From positions 1 through 64,000 of the IMG/VR virus record IMGVR_UViG_3300035659_001663: 64,000 nt of DNA, one strand, 5' to 3'. How positions within the stretch are numbered: the first letter of the stretch is position 1; each line of letters starts with the position of its first letter. The notes under the pieces are model-generated. The model was not told the DNA's origin. It searched no databases and saw nothing but the letters and a program-made list of their open reading frames with translations. The DNA is from a virus. Positions 17,979 to 29,200 of this stretch are shown piece by piece. The position numbers and the translations under genes were made by a program.

Positions 17979-18914
17979 ATGGCTAATAAAATTTATCTAA
18001 CACAGCGTACTAATAGGCATGTAGTAAAGAGATTAGATTCAACAGCTACGCCTGCAACATATGATTCAGCTATTTTTGGTACGTGGGGAATACCGGGATC
18101 AACAAGTAGTACATTGAATTTTCCATGGGGCGTGACTAGAGATTCAAGTGGTAGTATTTATGTATGTGACACAGAGAATAAGCGGATTGTCAAATTGGAT
18201 TCTAGTTTAGCGTATTTGACATCTTATGATACATCAGCAACAGTTGGCGTACCATATTCAATATTCTATGAACTTGCAACTAACAATATTTATGTTGTTG
18301 GTGTAGAATTGATTTATGGCGCAGCAGTTAGAATTGAGCGATTGACGACATCATTCGTACAGACATTACTTAGTAGTAATTTGGGTGTGATTAAAGACTT
18401 GTCATTTAAGCCTGTTGGCATTTGTAGAGGTGAAGCTGGAAAGATTTGGGTAGTTGGCGCTGATCTTGATATTTTTGAGACAATAGAAAGTGGATCTTTT
18501 TCACCGTTTATCACAAGATCAATTTATCGTGAGATTACAACATATCCTGAACTGTTTACTACTACTCGATATAATGGTATAGTTCATCATTCAAATGGTA
18601 GTCTTTATGTTACTAATGGCAGGAAGATAATTCGGGCATTGATATCTATTTCACCGGCGCCATTTGTAAACGTTGGAGATTCTGATTTCGTGTCAAAGAC
18701 TATTTATGGGCTTAAAGAGGGTGTTGGCGGATCATTGTTAGTGTATTGTGCTGATTCTAGTACAATTTATAATCCAGTTCGAGGCAAGCATAATCAGAAG
18801 ATTATGCGATTTGATGATGACCTGAATTTTGTTGATGATGTTTATATCGATAGTGGCAGTGCTATAACGACAGATGCTTATGAAATAATGGATTTTGTTG
18901 AAGCTACTGTTTAA
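17979..18914 (+). CDS. NHL-type beta-propeller protein (module copy 2)
   Basis: LNFPWGVTRDSSGSIYVCDTENKRIVKLD; YLTQRTNRH...DAYEIMDF. Confidence 0.8.
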   Translation: MANKIYLTQRTNRHVVKRLDSTATPATYDSAIFGTWGIPGSTSSTLNFPWGVTRDSSGSIYVCDTENKRIVKLDSSLAYLTSYDTSATVGVPYSIFYELATNNIYVVGVELIYGAAVRIERLTTSFVQTLLSSNLGVIKDLSFKPVGICRGEAGKIWVVGADLDIFETIESGSFSPFITRSIYREITTYPELFTTTRYNGIVHHSNGSLYVTNGRKIIRALISISPAPFVNVGDSDFVSKTIYGLKEGVGGSLLVYCADSSTIYNPVRGKHNQKIMRFDDDLNFVDDVYIDSGSAITTDAYEIMDFVEATV

Positions 18915-19045
18915 TTTGAACAACTCATGAAAATTATTGATTGCTTGTTCAGTCAACAATTGCAATATTATAGCATCATTATGCACATGAATATTGTATT
19001 CAACATTCAGAATGATTTAGCTTAGATTTATCTAAGTTTGAAAGA

Positions 19046-19645
19046 ATGGTAAATATGAAATTACATATTCTAATGATCGATGCTCATGTAAAAGCGTATC
19101 CCGATCCTGCAAGAAGTAAAAGGATGGAGTGTATAGCTCAGGCGTATAAGATAGCTACTGAAGAGGGGCATGAGTTTGAGCTGATGCAAAACACTGAGCT
19201 ACAGCAGTATTTTGATGAGCCTATCTGGGATATGGATTATGGTCCGGTTCTTACCTTCGCGAGGATATGTGATCCGTTGAGATGGAGGAAAGCATCATAT
19301 ATTCCTAATCTACTGTACTTGGATACGGATGTGTATTTGAACTACATACCTGAAATGTTGCCAGGAAAACCATATCTTGCTGGTAACTTTATAATAGGGA
19401 CAAATGACTGCTGTGATGCGATAAAGAAAATAGTGAGAGCGGGTTATTTACCGGATGCTCACTGCATGTTTACAGATGATTGTTATATTCATTACCGATT
19501 GAGTGCTGAAAGGATAAAGCCAATTGCTCCAGAAACTTTGATGAAATACTATACAGATCCTGTCATGGTTGAAAAGAATCGTAAACCGTGGATGACTTGG
19601 ATTGAAGGAGAAGATGTGCAGATTGGGTGTGATTCATGGCGTTAA
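19046..19645 (+). CDS. DxD-motif glycosyltransferase-like protein (GT32/Gly_transf_sug-like)
   Basis: ICDPLRW...LYLDTDV matches the sDxxR...YxDxD signature. Confidence 0.55.
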   Translation: MVNMKLHILMIDAHVKAYPDPARSKRMECIAQAYKIATEEGHEFELMQNTELQQYFDEPIWDMDYGPVLTFARICDPLRWRKASYIPNLLYLDTDVYLNYIPEMLPGKPYLAGNFIIGTNDCCDAIKKIVRAGYLPDAHCMFTDDCYIHYRLSAERIKPIAPETLMKYYTDPVMVEKNRKPWMTWIEGEDVQIGCDSWR

Positions 19646-21381
19646 CAAAACTATTTGATTCTGTTCTATACCCACCGGGAGATATTGTAGTAGACAATTC
19701 TGGGTATGTTATTATAGATGATCCCTCTACTGGTATGTATGCTTATCAATGGACAGGTTCGACCCTATCTTTAATAACGAGTTATTTGGTACCCGCAGTT
19801 TCAATTTATGGAAACAGATCAATATACTACAACGGTACATATATCTTTAGGATAGTTGGATCTAACCTAAAAGCATACACGTTCAATGGATCTGTATTCG
19901 CAGAAGTAGGATCAATAGCTATTCCCTATAGCAGTAGCATATCTGCTATGGTAGTGCAATGGGGAGGGACACAGATTGTAATAAATTCTGCCAGTCCTTA
20001 CCCATACGGTCATATGATGCTATTTACGTTTAGCGGTAGTTTTACGTACTATGGGACCTTTACTCCAAGTCCATTTGGATTATTCGTTCCTTACACACCT
20101 CATCAAATGATGTATGGTTCCTTTACAGGAGGCACATATCAAGTTTCGGATGCTGGATATTTAGGATATGCTTCTGTATACCCAGGACCTACACCTGGTA
20201 GTATAAGTATGTTTGGAGGCGGAGGTGGAACGAAGCTCTTTAGTAAGAGAAGTGTAAAATTCTATACCTCTGGCTCTTCGGCCTTCTACGTGAATGGAAA
20301 TGTTACTAATAGATATATGGACTATGGCGGAGTAAATCTTGATTATGATGGATCATATTTATATCTTGTTTCCAATGTAAGTGGAACTCCTAAAGTTGAA
20401 AAGATAGACATAACAACTAACCCTTGTACAGTCATTGATTCCATTACTTATACTGGCACTTACTATAATGCATGTGTAGCTGGAAGAAATGACTTAATCT
20501 TTGTCAACGAATCATCTGGTCCATACCTGTCGGTATGGGGTGCACTCGTCTACTCAAAAATGTATTTAGTCCAACGAACTAATAGACATGTAGTTAAAGA
20601 ATTGAATGTTAGTAGTTTGCCAGCAATATATACTGGTAAAGAATTTGGATTATATGGTGAATCAGGGTCAAACAGTTTGATGATGAAGTTTCCAAATGGT
20701 ATTGTATCTACCATTGATGGCATATTTGTTTGTGACACGTTGAACAAAAGAATATTGAAGTTAGATGATAATTTAACATATGTAGCTGAATACAGTACAG
20801 TTAACACTATTGGTGAACCATATAAAATAATGCTTAATAGTTATTTGTATGTCGTTGGAGTGTATAATAATTTTACTAGAATTCAGAAACTAGATACTGA
20901 TTTTAGTAATCTTGGTGTAAGTGGCAATTTACATGCAATAGGACAACGTATTGATAATCCAACTGCTGTTTGTAGAGGATTTGGTAGTGACTTTATCTTA
21001 GTGACAGGTTCAATGTTAGATATTTGCGAGACTACAGAGTCATCAGGTTTTGCACCATTTGTTGTTAGACATATTGTGGGAGAAGAATCGAAAGAATATT
21101 ATGGTATGATTTATCACTCTAATGAAAATGTGTATGTTAATGATGGTCAAAAAATACTAAAGGTAAACTCTAACTATGAAAATATCGGTGATTCAAATAG
21201 GATTGCTAAGACGATTAGAGGATTGAAAGAAGATCGTGATGGTAATTTGTTAATTTATAATGTCGATCGACAAAAGATAATGAAATATGATGAAGATTTG
21301 AATTTTGTTGAGGACGTTTTTATTGGTTCTGGTAGTGGAATTGCAAATGATGCTTATGATATTGTTGATTTTTTTGGTTGA
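19636..21381 (+). CDS. Structural protein: variable beta-rich N-terminus plus C-terminal NHL module (copy 3, from about 20560)
   Basis: MYLVQRTNRH...FPNGI...CDTLNKRILKLD...DAYDIVDFF. Confidence 0.75.
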   Translation: MALTKLFDSVLYPPGDIVVDNSGYVIIDDPSTGMYAYQWTGSTLSLITSYLVPAVSIYGNRSIYYNGTYIFRIVGSNLKAYTFNGSVFAEVGSIAIPYSSSISAMVVQWGGTQIVINSASPYPYGHMMLFTFSGSFTYYGTFTPSPFGLFVPYTPHQMMYGSFTGGTYQVSDAGYLGYASVYPGPTPGSISMFGGGGGTKLFSKRSVKFYTSGSSAFYVNGNVTNRYMDYGGVNLDYDGSYLYLVSNVSGTPKVEKIDITTNPCTVIDSITYTGTYYNACVAGRNDLIFVNESSGPYLSVWGALVYSKMYLVQRTNRHVVKELNVSSLPAIYTGKEFGLYGESGSNSLMMKFPNGIVSTIDGIFVCDTLNKRILKLDDNLTYVAEYSTVNTIGEPYKIMLNSYLYVVGVYNNFTRIQKLDTDFSNLGVSGNLHAIGQRIDNPTAVCRGFGSDFILVTGSMLDICETTESSGFAPFVVRHIVGEESKEYYGMIYHSNENVYVNDGQKILKVNSNYENIGDSNRIAKTIRGLKEDRDGNLLIYNVDRQKIMKYDEDLNFVEDVFIGSGSGIANDAYDIVDFFG

Positions 21382-21426
21382 ACAGAACAGTATTCTATTG
21401 TTTTTATCTGTCATCTAATTGTAAGT

Positions 21427-22761
21427 ATGGAAAAACTAACAACTAAACTCACTGTCGAGACTGATAATGGAAGGCCTGCAAGCTCTCCGTCTTTGATTGT
21501 TAAGCCGACAGGTCAAAAATTTGTTTTTTATACAAAACAGTTCACGTCTGGAAGAACAAGTGATTCTAATGTGACTTTTACATTGCCAAATATTGTTAAT
21601 ATAGAAGCGGGCAGTGGAACACTTAATAGTATTGTAATTTCATGGAGTGCAGTTTCTCCGACAGTAAGTTATAATTCATTTGATATTGTTTATGTCGATT
21701 CTTCTGGCAATGTGATTGTTTCAGATACTTGGGACATGACAACTATAGCTTCATCTATAGTTCTTGCATACGTTTATGTAGGCGGATCTGCAATTACGTC
21801 TCTTGAACAAGTGGAAAAGATGGGTCTTTATGTTTATTCTCAGAAGCAAGTATTAGTAGGTTCTGTGTGGCAGTGGATTGATCAGGAATACCTTGTAAAT
21901 ACAGGAGAACAACCAAGAGCTTTTTATGATCAGGCAAGTGACAAGATTTATTTACAGTATAAAAAGGATAGTTCAGTTTACTTACGGATATTTGATCCTT
22001 CTGATGAATTGTCTTGGAGATACATACCGAATACATTTATTCAGGCTCCAAACATAGTTCATTTGAATCGTGACCCTCAAGCATCTATACAGTTTATTGC
22101 TGGCGCTGGTGATTTTGCAGACCAGACTGTACTTGATGCTGAGTTATTTCCATTGAGCGCAACAGGTCTTAGTTTTCAGTTAGTTAGCACTGTTTTTGAA
22201 TCATTTATTTACATTCCGTATCTTACAGGTAGTTATCTTCAGTATCTTCATTATCCCTATACCATAGAGATAGGTCATTTAAGTGGGGGTAATTTTGTAG
22301 TTGAAGATTCTGTTGTTATGAGTGACAATGACACTTATGATAGATGGCATAAATGGACAGGAACTCTTGGTCTAAAGTATCTCAGGGTAAGATGTTTCTC
22401 GTCTTTGATGGGTGGAGAATACTTTACCCCGCCTGCCAATTACAAACAGGTTTTGATATTTGATCCTTTTGAGTACCAAGAGACTATCGGGAATACTGAG
22501 AATATACAGATACTTACTGAGCCAGTTAATTTTGAGGCTTCAAGTGCGAAGTTAGGGCAAATAATCAAGACCTTCGAGTACGAAGAGTCCAGGGATTTTG
22601 AACAAGATGCTGTTTTATTTGAAGTAGGGACAGGATCTTTTGGACAGATAACAAAAACTTTTGAATACGAAGAGTCCAGGGATTTTGAGCAAGATACTAT
22701 TCCTGCATTTCAGGTAGGCGCTGGATATAGTGCTATTATGACTACTGTAAATATATCGTAA
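21427..22761 (+). CDS. Putative structural protein with 29-aa C-terminal tandem duplication
   Basis: Beta-rich 444-aa ORF; GQI(I/T)KTFEYEESRDFEQD occurs twice. Confidence 0.65.
   Translation: MEKLTTKLTVETDNGRPASSPSLIVKPTGQKFVFYTKQFTSGRTSDSNVTFTLPNIVNIEAGSGTLNSIVISWSAVSPTVSYNSFDIVYVDSSGNVIVSDTWDMTTIASSIVLAYVYVGGSAITSLEQVEKMGLYVYSQKQVLVGSVWQWIDQEYLVNTGEQPRAFYDQASDKIYLQYKKDSSVYLRIFDPSDELSWRYIPNTFIQAPNIVHLNRDPQASIQFIAGAGDFADQTVLDAELFPLSATGLSFQLVSTVFESFIYIPYLTGSYLQYLHYPYTIEIGHLSGGNFVVEDSVVMSDNDTYDRWHKWTGTLGLKYLRVRCFSSLMGGEYFTPPANYKQVLIFDPFEYQETIGNTENIQILTEPVNFEASSAKLGQIIKTFEYEESRDFEQDAVLFEVGTGSFGQITKTFEYEESRDFEQDTIPAFQVGAGYSAIMTTVNIS
22579..22688 (+). repeat. Intragenic direct repeat, 87-bp period
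   Basis: TACGAAGAGTCCAGGGATTTTGA identical at 22579-22601 and 22666-22688, in frame. Confidence 0.9.
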
Positions 22762-22771
22762 GGAGCTTGTC

Positions 22772-25700
22772 ATGTTCAAGAACAAAGGTTTGTACGAGTG
22801 GAAGCTAATTGAAAGCGACAAAGTTGTGGCTGAGGGGTCACAGTGGAATACTTCTACGGATCAGATGCCATTGGTGTTTGGATGTTGGGAAGGTAACGCC
22901 CTGTTCGGTAACAATCCCAGAGAGATAACGCTGTCAGGCTCTACAGTTCCAGCAGAAGACTTTCGCCAAAGATACTCCCCTTGGCAGCGCATCACTACTC
23001 TATCAAGTGGAAGATCCACATCTCTAAGTCTAGTGACCGATCCTATCTTGAATAGTGCTTATGTGCAATATCTATTTGCCCCTCCGGGTGCTCCTCGCAC
23101 TATCAGAGTTATAGGATCAAACTTTAATGTTGGTTCATCTTATCCATACGACTATGCATCTTTTATTGAGTTGTCCGTACCTATCACGCAGCAGATCAAT
23201 CAATATCTCTTTGTTAAGTACACGATTTTCCACAGTTTTACCGCAGGAGGTTACAATTCACCTAACAATCACTATATCCAGCGCAAGATTACACAGAACT
23301 TGATGTATTATGCGTGCCGAGTTTTTGGATTGAGTAATAGCGTTCAAGGGATAAGCCCGTTTAATCCACCAACCACGCTGAATAATGTGATGAGGCATAT
23401 TTGGCGATTGGATGAGGCAGCCAGCATTCAGTGGTCCGGTCCTTGTTACGGCCATAAATGGGCAAGGGACTATGCCACTACCGAGTTGGTTGGTCCAATG
23501 GGTGTTTTTGTTTTTGGCCGTCCAAGTAGAGGGTCTGATCCTACGGATATAGCTGTTACTATTGGATATTCTACCCCTTCTGATTTTGGACCCGCTATAT
23601 CTCGTGTTTTCACACATCCTTCTGGTTATATGGACCAGATTTTTAGTGATCCCGGTCACACACCGTCGTCTCAAGGGACGATTGCTTTGTCTGGAACACC
23701 TACCAATAAACATCCTATTATTGGACGTGTACGAATTACAAAGACAGGGGATGCTTCAGATATTATTGATGATACATTCACTGTATCTGGTCCTCCTACG
23801 GATACTATTGTTACAAATAGTAGTCAAGGGCATTTAGTGGATGAACTTGTTCGGTTCACTTCCACAACTACTCTTCCTGATCCATTGCTTCCTGATACTA
23901 GCTATCATATTGTTTATAAGAGCGGAACAAGCATGAAAGTATCGTCTGTTCAAGGCGGTACTCCAATTACACTTAATGATGTTGGTACTGGTATACATAC
24001 AGTTATTAGATGGAACACGGGTCGATTCTCTCTTGAACTTGAGCCGTGGTCTTACATATATAGTGCAGGTTCATGGAGAGGTTATCCGGTATGGCAGTTG
24101 TCTATGGGCGTTGATGTCGATGGCAAGATGCAAGCCCATGATAATCAGGAGAGCATAGCGGAGTATCAAGCGACGGCGAGAACAGACAACATGATAGAGG
24201 ATCAAGTTCAGGTAGGGGACTTTATCTATTCTATTCAGAAGAGCCGATCCACGGAATTGCAGAACGTGTGCCGTTGGCGTTTCTGGACCATTGAGACTTC
24301 TGAGTCGTTGTGTAAGTTTGGTACTACTGGAACAAAAGCATATCGGATGGTCAAGGTTGGTACTAATGTCTACATAGCGACATCAGATGGGTTGTACCTG
24401 TATAGCACTCTCACCCCCACTGTTGCACCGTCACTCTTGACAATTACTAATATCTTATCTAATCCAATTTATGATTTAGCGTATGACCCAATCTCAGGGT
24501 ATCTATGGTCTGGTCATACGGCAGGTCTTAGCAAGATTGATCTTGGCGCGTCTACGGCAACTCAGTATATTACGGGTATGGGCGAGAAACTTGAAGGGAT
24601 GTCTGCTGGAAGAGCACATATTGCTACAGGACAATTGGAAGCGTACAATGGCCGTGTTATACGTGGAGGTCGTCAAAGGCTTGTCGGGGATCAATATTTT
24701 ACGGATGGCGAGAAGGCTTGGGTGCTACAAGATGAAGTTCACGACGGGAACAGTATAGGATGGTGCTCTTTTGGGGGAGCCTACGATGATTCAGCAAGAG
24801 GAACGTGTCTGCGAAAAGGTACAAATGAGATTATTGATGTTTCGGGTGGTAATCTTATGAGATACACTGTTGTAGTTACCGGAGTTGGTACTGGAACTAT
24901 AACTATAGAGGACACTTGGGTTTTGGAAGGTGTTGGTGCTTATTATGAAGGATATGTGGCACAAATATCTGATAAAACATTTCAATTTTCTTTTCAGAGT
25001 AGTAGTGGTAGGTTTTATGGACAAACTTACGTCATAGGAGGATCACATGGATCGTTAATAATAGACACATCTTTTGCTAGTTGGTCCCAGGCATATCAAT
25101 ACATGGGTTGGCCTTATGCAGGTACAACTAACTGGTACGCCCATGCATTCCGCAACACTGTAGACCTTGGAAACGGAGTTATCGTCCCTATTGCTCATTT
25201 CAACTCGATGCACTATAATGCAGAACTCGGTTATCCAACACCATTTGGGTGGAGCGGTTCTGCTTGGATTAAGGACAATACTGGCGACCGTCCGATTCCA
25301 AAGACAGGTACGACTGCACTTCTTCAGGGTGTAAGTGTTGCATTCAACAACGCAACGGGCAAGCCGTGGGACCAGCAGTTTGTTTTGGGCGATAGATTTA
25401 CATGGGTTCATGGCCCCAATAAGATCAAAGACAACCTCCAGACGATGAGTGTTGCAGCTAAGAATTACCATGTTCCTGTAGATGTTGCAAATGCTATTGC
25501 ATTTCAGATTCCTGCCGCAACTCCTTACGTTAAGCACGTAACGGAAACTACTGATCCTGATTTCCGAGCTACTGACCCTGACCCGATGGTTGTGAAAGTT
25601 ATGGAGGGTGTGACGGCGTATACTTCTTATGTCCCTACAATCATATCAACGTGGTCCGTGTCTGATCTACCTAATGACACGATAGCGTGTGGTTTGAATA

Positions 25701-26032
25701 TCGCAGACGGCACGCCTGTGAAGTTGTATCATTCAGAAACTAATCAATCGAATTTCATGTTTCCTACTCCGTTAGTCGATGGCGGTATTTATTATGCAAT
25801 CAATGTAGATACTACACATATTAAGTTAGCCGCGACTTATGCAGACGCAATGGCACATACCCCAATAGATTTCAAGAACGGAGGATACGCTTTTGGACCC
25901 GTATGGCGTATTGCCGTTATTACACCGGGAACAGGGGAGTATTCCTTCGGTTCCAACGGAGTATTTATCTTTGCAGCAGCAGACGCAAACAAGAACTTGA
26001 CCTTAACTTATACTTATTCACTTTTTGCTTAG
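22772..26032 (+). CDS. Large putative tail/fibre protein with beta-propeller region and two small repeated beta domains
   Basis: AAGGAG SD; VRFTSTTTLPDPL..TSYHI and TPVKLY...FPTPL..GGIYYAI...IKLAAT repeats typical of phage tail/baseplate proteins; VYIATSDGL and LWSGHTAGL propeller blades. Confidence 0.65.
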   Translation: MFKNKGLYEWKLIESDKVVAEGSQWNTSTDQMPLVFGCWEGNALFGNNPREITLSGSTVPAEDFRQRYSPWQRITTLSSGRSTSLSLVTDPILNSAYVQYLFAPPGAPRTIRVIGSNFNVGSSYPYDYASFIELSVPITQQINQYLFVKYTIFHSFTAGGYNSPNNHYIQRKITQNLMYYACRVFGLSNSVQGISPFNPPTTLNNVMRHIWRLDEAASIQWSGPCYGHKWARDYATTELVGPMGVFVFGRPSRGSDPTDIAVTIGYSTPSDFGPAISRVFTHPSGYMDQIFSDPGHTPSSQGTIALSGTPTNKHPIIGRVRITKTGDASDIIDDTFTVSGPPTDTIVTNSSQGHLVDELVRFTSTTTLPDPLLPDTSYHIVYKSGTSMKVSSVQGGTPITLNDVGTGIHTVIRWNTGRFSLELEPWSYIYSAGSWRGYPVWQLSMGVDVDGKMQAHDNQESIAEYQATARTDNMIEDQVQVGDFIYSIQKSRSTELQNVCRWRFWTIETSESLCKFGTTGTKAYRMVKVGTNVYIATSDGLYLYSTLTPTVAPSLLTITNILSNPIYDLAYDPISGYLWSGHTAGLSKIDLGASTATQYITGMGEKLEGMSAGRAHIATGQLEAYNGRVIRGGRQRLVGDQYFTDGEKAWVLQDEVHDGNSIGWCSFGGAYDDSARGTCLRKGTNEIIDVSGGNLMRYTVVVTGVGTGTITIEDTWVLEGVGAYYEGYVAQISDKTFQFSFQSSSGRFYGQTYVIGGSHGSLIIDTSFASWSQAYQYMGWPYAGTTNWYAHAFRNTVDLGNGVIVPIAHFNSMHYNAELGYPTPFGWSGSAWIKDNTGDRPIPKTGTTALLQGVSVAFNNATGKPWDQQFVLGDRFTWVHGPNKIKDNLQTMSVAAKNYHVPVDVANAIAFQIPAATPYVKHVTETTDPDFRATDPDPMVVKVMEGVTAYTSYVPTIISTWSVSDLPNDTIACGLNIADGTPVKLYHSETNQSNFMFPTPLVDGGIYYAINVDTTHIKLAATYADAMAHTPIDFKNGGYAFGPVWRIAVITPGTGEYSFGSNGVFIFAAADANKNLTLTYTYSLFA

Positions 26033-26040
26033 GAGATACT

Positions 26041-26250
26041 ATGACCACGGAAGACATTGTTGCTTTGATCGCCCGTCAAGAGTATCTGACTGCACAGCTT
26101 AAAGTTCAGGTATTGAAAGATCCTATTGTGAAGGAGGATACATTTACTGCACTGACCAATCTTCTCAAGGTATCAGAGGCTTTGGATGATGGTATATGTG
26201 AAAATCTTGGTATTGAGTATGTTGTAAAACTCAGGATGGGTCAGTTCTGA
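26041..26250 (+). CDS. Hypothetical protein
   Basis: AGGAG SD before MTTEDIV; fills the gap between structural genes. Confidence 0.6.
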   Translation: MTTEDIVALIARQEYLTAQLKVQVLKDPIVKEDTFTALTNLLKVSEALDDGICENLGIEYVVKLRMGQF

Positions 26251-26252
26251 AT

Positions 26253-29200
26253 ATGTCGCTACCTGTAACTGATAAGCAAGAACTTTTTGTAAATGGGTAT
26301 GGTACTGAGTCCATACCTCAAGGGATTTCTGTTAAGGGATCTCTGTGGACTGTCATGCAGTCTTATGGGAAGTTGTTGATAAAGGAGTATTATAGTGATA
26401 GTGTTTTTTCTATAAAATTGTTTTTATACAATTTTACAACATCTTCAGCTCTTCAAAGTAATGGGTCTTTTTATACAGATCGTTTTTGGGTTTGGTACAT
26501 TAATACTAGTAAAGTTCTTACTTTACTTGAAATCGAACCAAATATTGGAATAGATCCAATACTTCATTTTTCTCGTATATTACATTCTGATGTTAGTTCA
26601 GTCTCGGTTTATGTTAATGAATTTGATGTAGTTAGACTTTCAATTCTATCAAATTCTCTACCCAAGTCACTTAAGAGTTTGACATATTTAGATGTAAAAA
26701 CATCAACGCCTACAGAAACAAACTTATCATGGGACGCAACTCGACAAGATATTTTCACACAATTTGTTAATACTAACAAATCTAATTTATCTGTAGCTTA
26801 TTCAAATGCGGCTTCACCATATTCAATCTACACTGAAGACTATTCTGTTCCAACTCCACTAAATTTGACAGCAGCACAAGTCGGTTCTAGTGCTAGTGTT
26901 CAAGTAGACTGGAATGCTTCAGTTGGATCAGATCAATACGTTTTAGAACGAGATACTAATGCTAGCTTTCCGTCACCGTCAGTGAGATATACTGGACCAT
27001 TAATTACATTTTTAGATAGTGTAACAACTATCGGAATATATTATTATAGAGTAAAAGCCAGAGTGACATCGATCTATCTAGAATCATCGTGGTCACTCAC
27101 TGCTTCAGCTATAGTTTCTCTTCCAGTAGCTCCAACAGGATTGGCAGCTGTTAATGGTATATTATTGGGCGAAGTTGATACGTCGTGGAACATTGTATCT
27201 GGAGTTGACACTTACACATTGCAAAGAGCAAAAGACGCTTTATTCACAGTCAATTTGACAACTGTTTATACTGGTGCAACTGCTTTATTTGATGAATTTG
27301 TTACGCAGGCAGCTACATATTACTATCGTGTCAGATCACATAATATTCTTGGAAATTCGAGTTGGTCAACATATGCGTCTGTAATAGTTACTGGTCCGGC
27401 AATACCGACAAATTTAGTTGTAGTTGCTGGCAGTTTCCTTGGTCAAATTAATGCTTCTTGGAATGCAGTTCCTGAAGCGACTGATTATGTTTTACAACGA
27501 GACAAAGATATAATATTTGATGGTCCAATTGATGTCTATACGGGTTCAATCACGTCATTTACTGACACAGTATCTGAGACTGCAACATATTATTATCGTG
27601 TCAAAGCTAGAAATTTATTAGGTGACTCTGATTGGTCAATCGTTGCATTTATTTCTGTCAGTATGATTAGTATTACTTATAGAAAAGTGTTTGCGTCATT
27701 AAGAACTAATAGACATGTTATAAAACAACTTGATGCGATGGTCGAACCGTTTGTTTATGATGACAAGTATTTTGGATCGTTTGGAATTGCAGGCGGCGGG
27801 ACGACAGGTTTGAATTTTCCAAACGGAATGACTGTTGATTTTGATAACAACATATATATATGTGATCACAATAATAGTCGTATTGTTAAGTTAAACAAAA
27901 ACTTATCATATATTGGATATCTTAACACAAAATTCACTATTGGTCAGCCTTGCGCAATAATGTTTAATACAGACGATCGTTATCTATATATCACTGGAAT
28001 TAGATATCATGACATCGCTGATGAAAATATCTATATGTATGTTGGTATTGAGAAATGTACAACATCTTTTACTGATGTCAAATATTCAAACGATATCTTA
28101 GGATTTTATAGACGACTGAATCAACGATCGTTAATGTATAAGCCCAATAGTATCTGTCGTGGATTTATTACATTCGTTAATGAGTATTTGATTACAGGAG
28201 TTAACAAAACTATTTATAGAGTCATCGAGACACTTACAGGCTTCTCGACAGCTATTGAAGAATCAGTAGTCGGTGAGACAGCAGAGACATATGTTGGTAT
28301 GGTCAGACATTCAAATGGTTATTTATATCTGAATACAGGTTCGCAAATAATAAAGACAGATGGTGTATTTATTAATATGGGCGATTCTGACATTTTAGCA
28401 AAAACATTATATGGTCTTAAACAAGGATTTGACGGTAATCTATTAACATATAATGTAGATAGACGGTCATTAATAGCAGTCGATGCAGATTTGAATTATG
28501 TTGATGAATTTTATATAGATTCTGGTGACACACCTGCGACGAGCTTCTATGACACGTTTGATATTGCCGTTAATTATGTAGGCATTCCTCGCGATGTGTA
28601 TAGTATCTTAAATACTCATGCTATACGATTATGGGCATCATTTTCTGAAGCTGGTCATTCGACAGGATATTCACCAAATACTGCTAGTCAAATAGATAGT
28701 TCTATTACTAGATTACAATTGATTAATTTCTTAGGCAGTGATCAAGTAAGCGATGGATTTTTGACATTAGACGCAGTCGCTGGCACTGGAACTGTTACAA
28801 CAAACTTAACTGATAATTCTGTTAGAATTACAAGTGACTTGACGATAATCATTTGGCACAAATGGGACGATGTTGCTAGTTCAAGTGGCTGGATGCTAGA
28901 CTGTTCAGGACCGTATGGTAGTCTAGCACAAGCAGATAACATGTTATATGGTATCTGGGTTACTAGTACTGGAAGCATAAAATTATATCATAAAAACAAT
29001 ATAATCACAGTTCAAACTTTCTTTGCGACAATATTTCCACGAGATGGTCAGCAGCATATGTTAATGGTTCGTAGGAATGCAACTGCAAAAACATATGATG
29101 TAAGTATAGATAATGGCGTAATTGAACAACAGCCATATCCTAGTAATCCAAATGGTGGAGGTAATGCAGTAGTTTCTATCGGTGGCAAAGATGTTGGCAG

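Noticed and set aside
22579-22688. 23-bp perfect direct repeat as a mini CRISPR array
   Set aside because: Only two copies, in frame with an 87-bp period; the intervening sequence is also similar at protein level, so it is a coding duplication. No cas genes are present.
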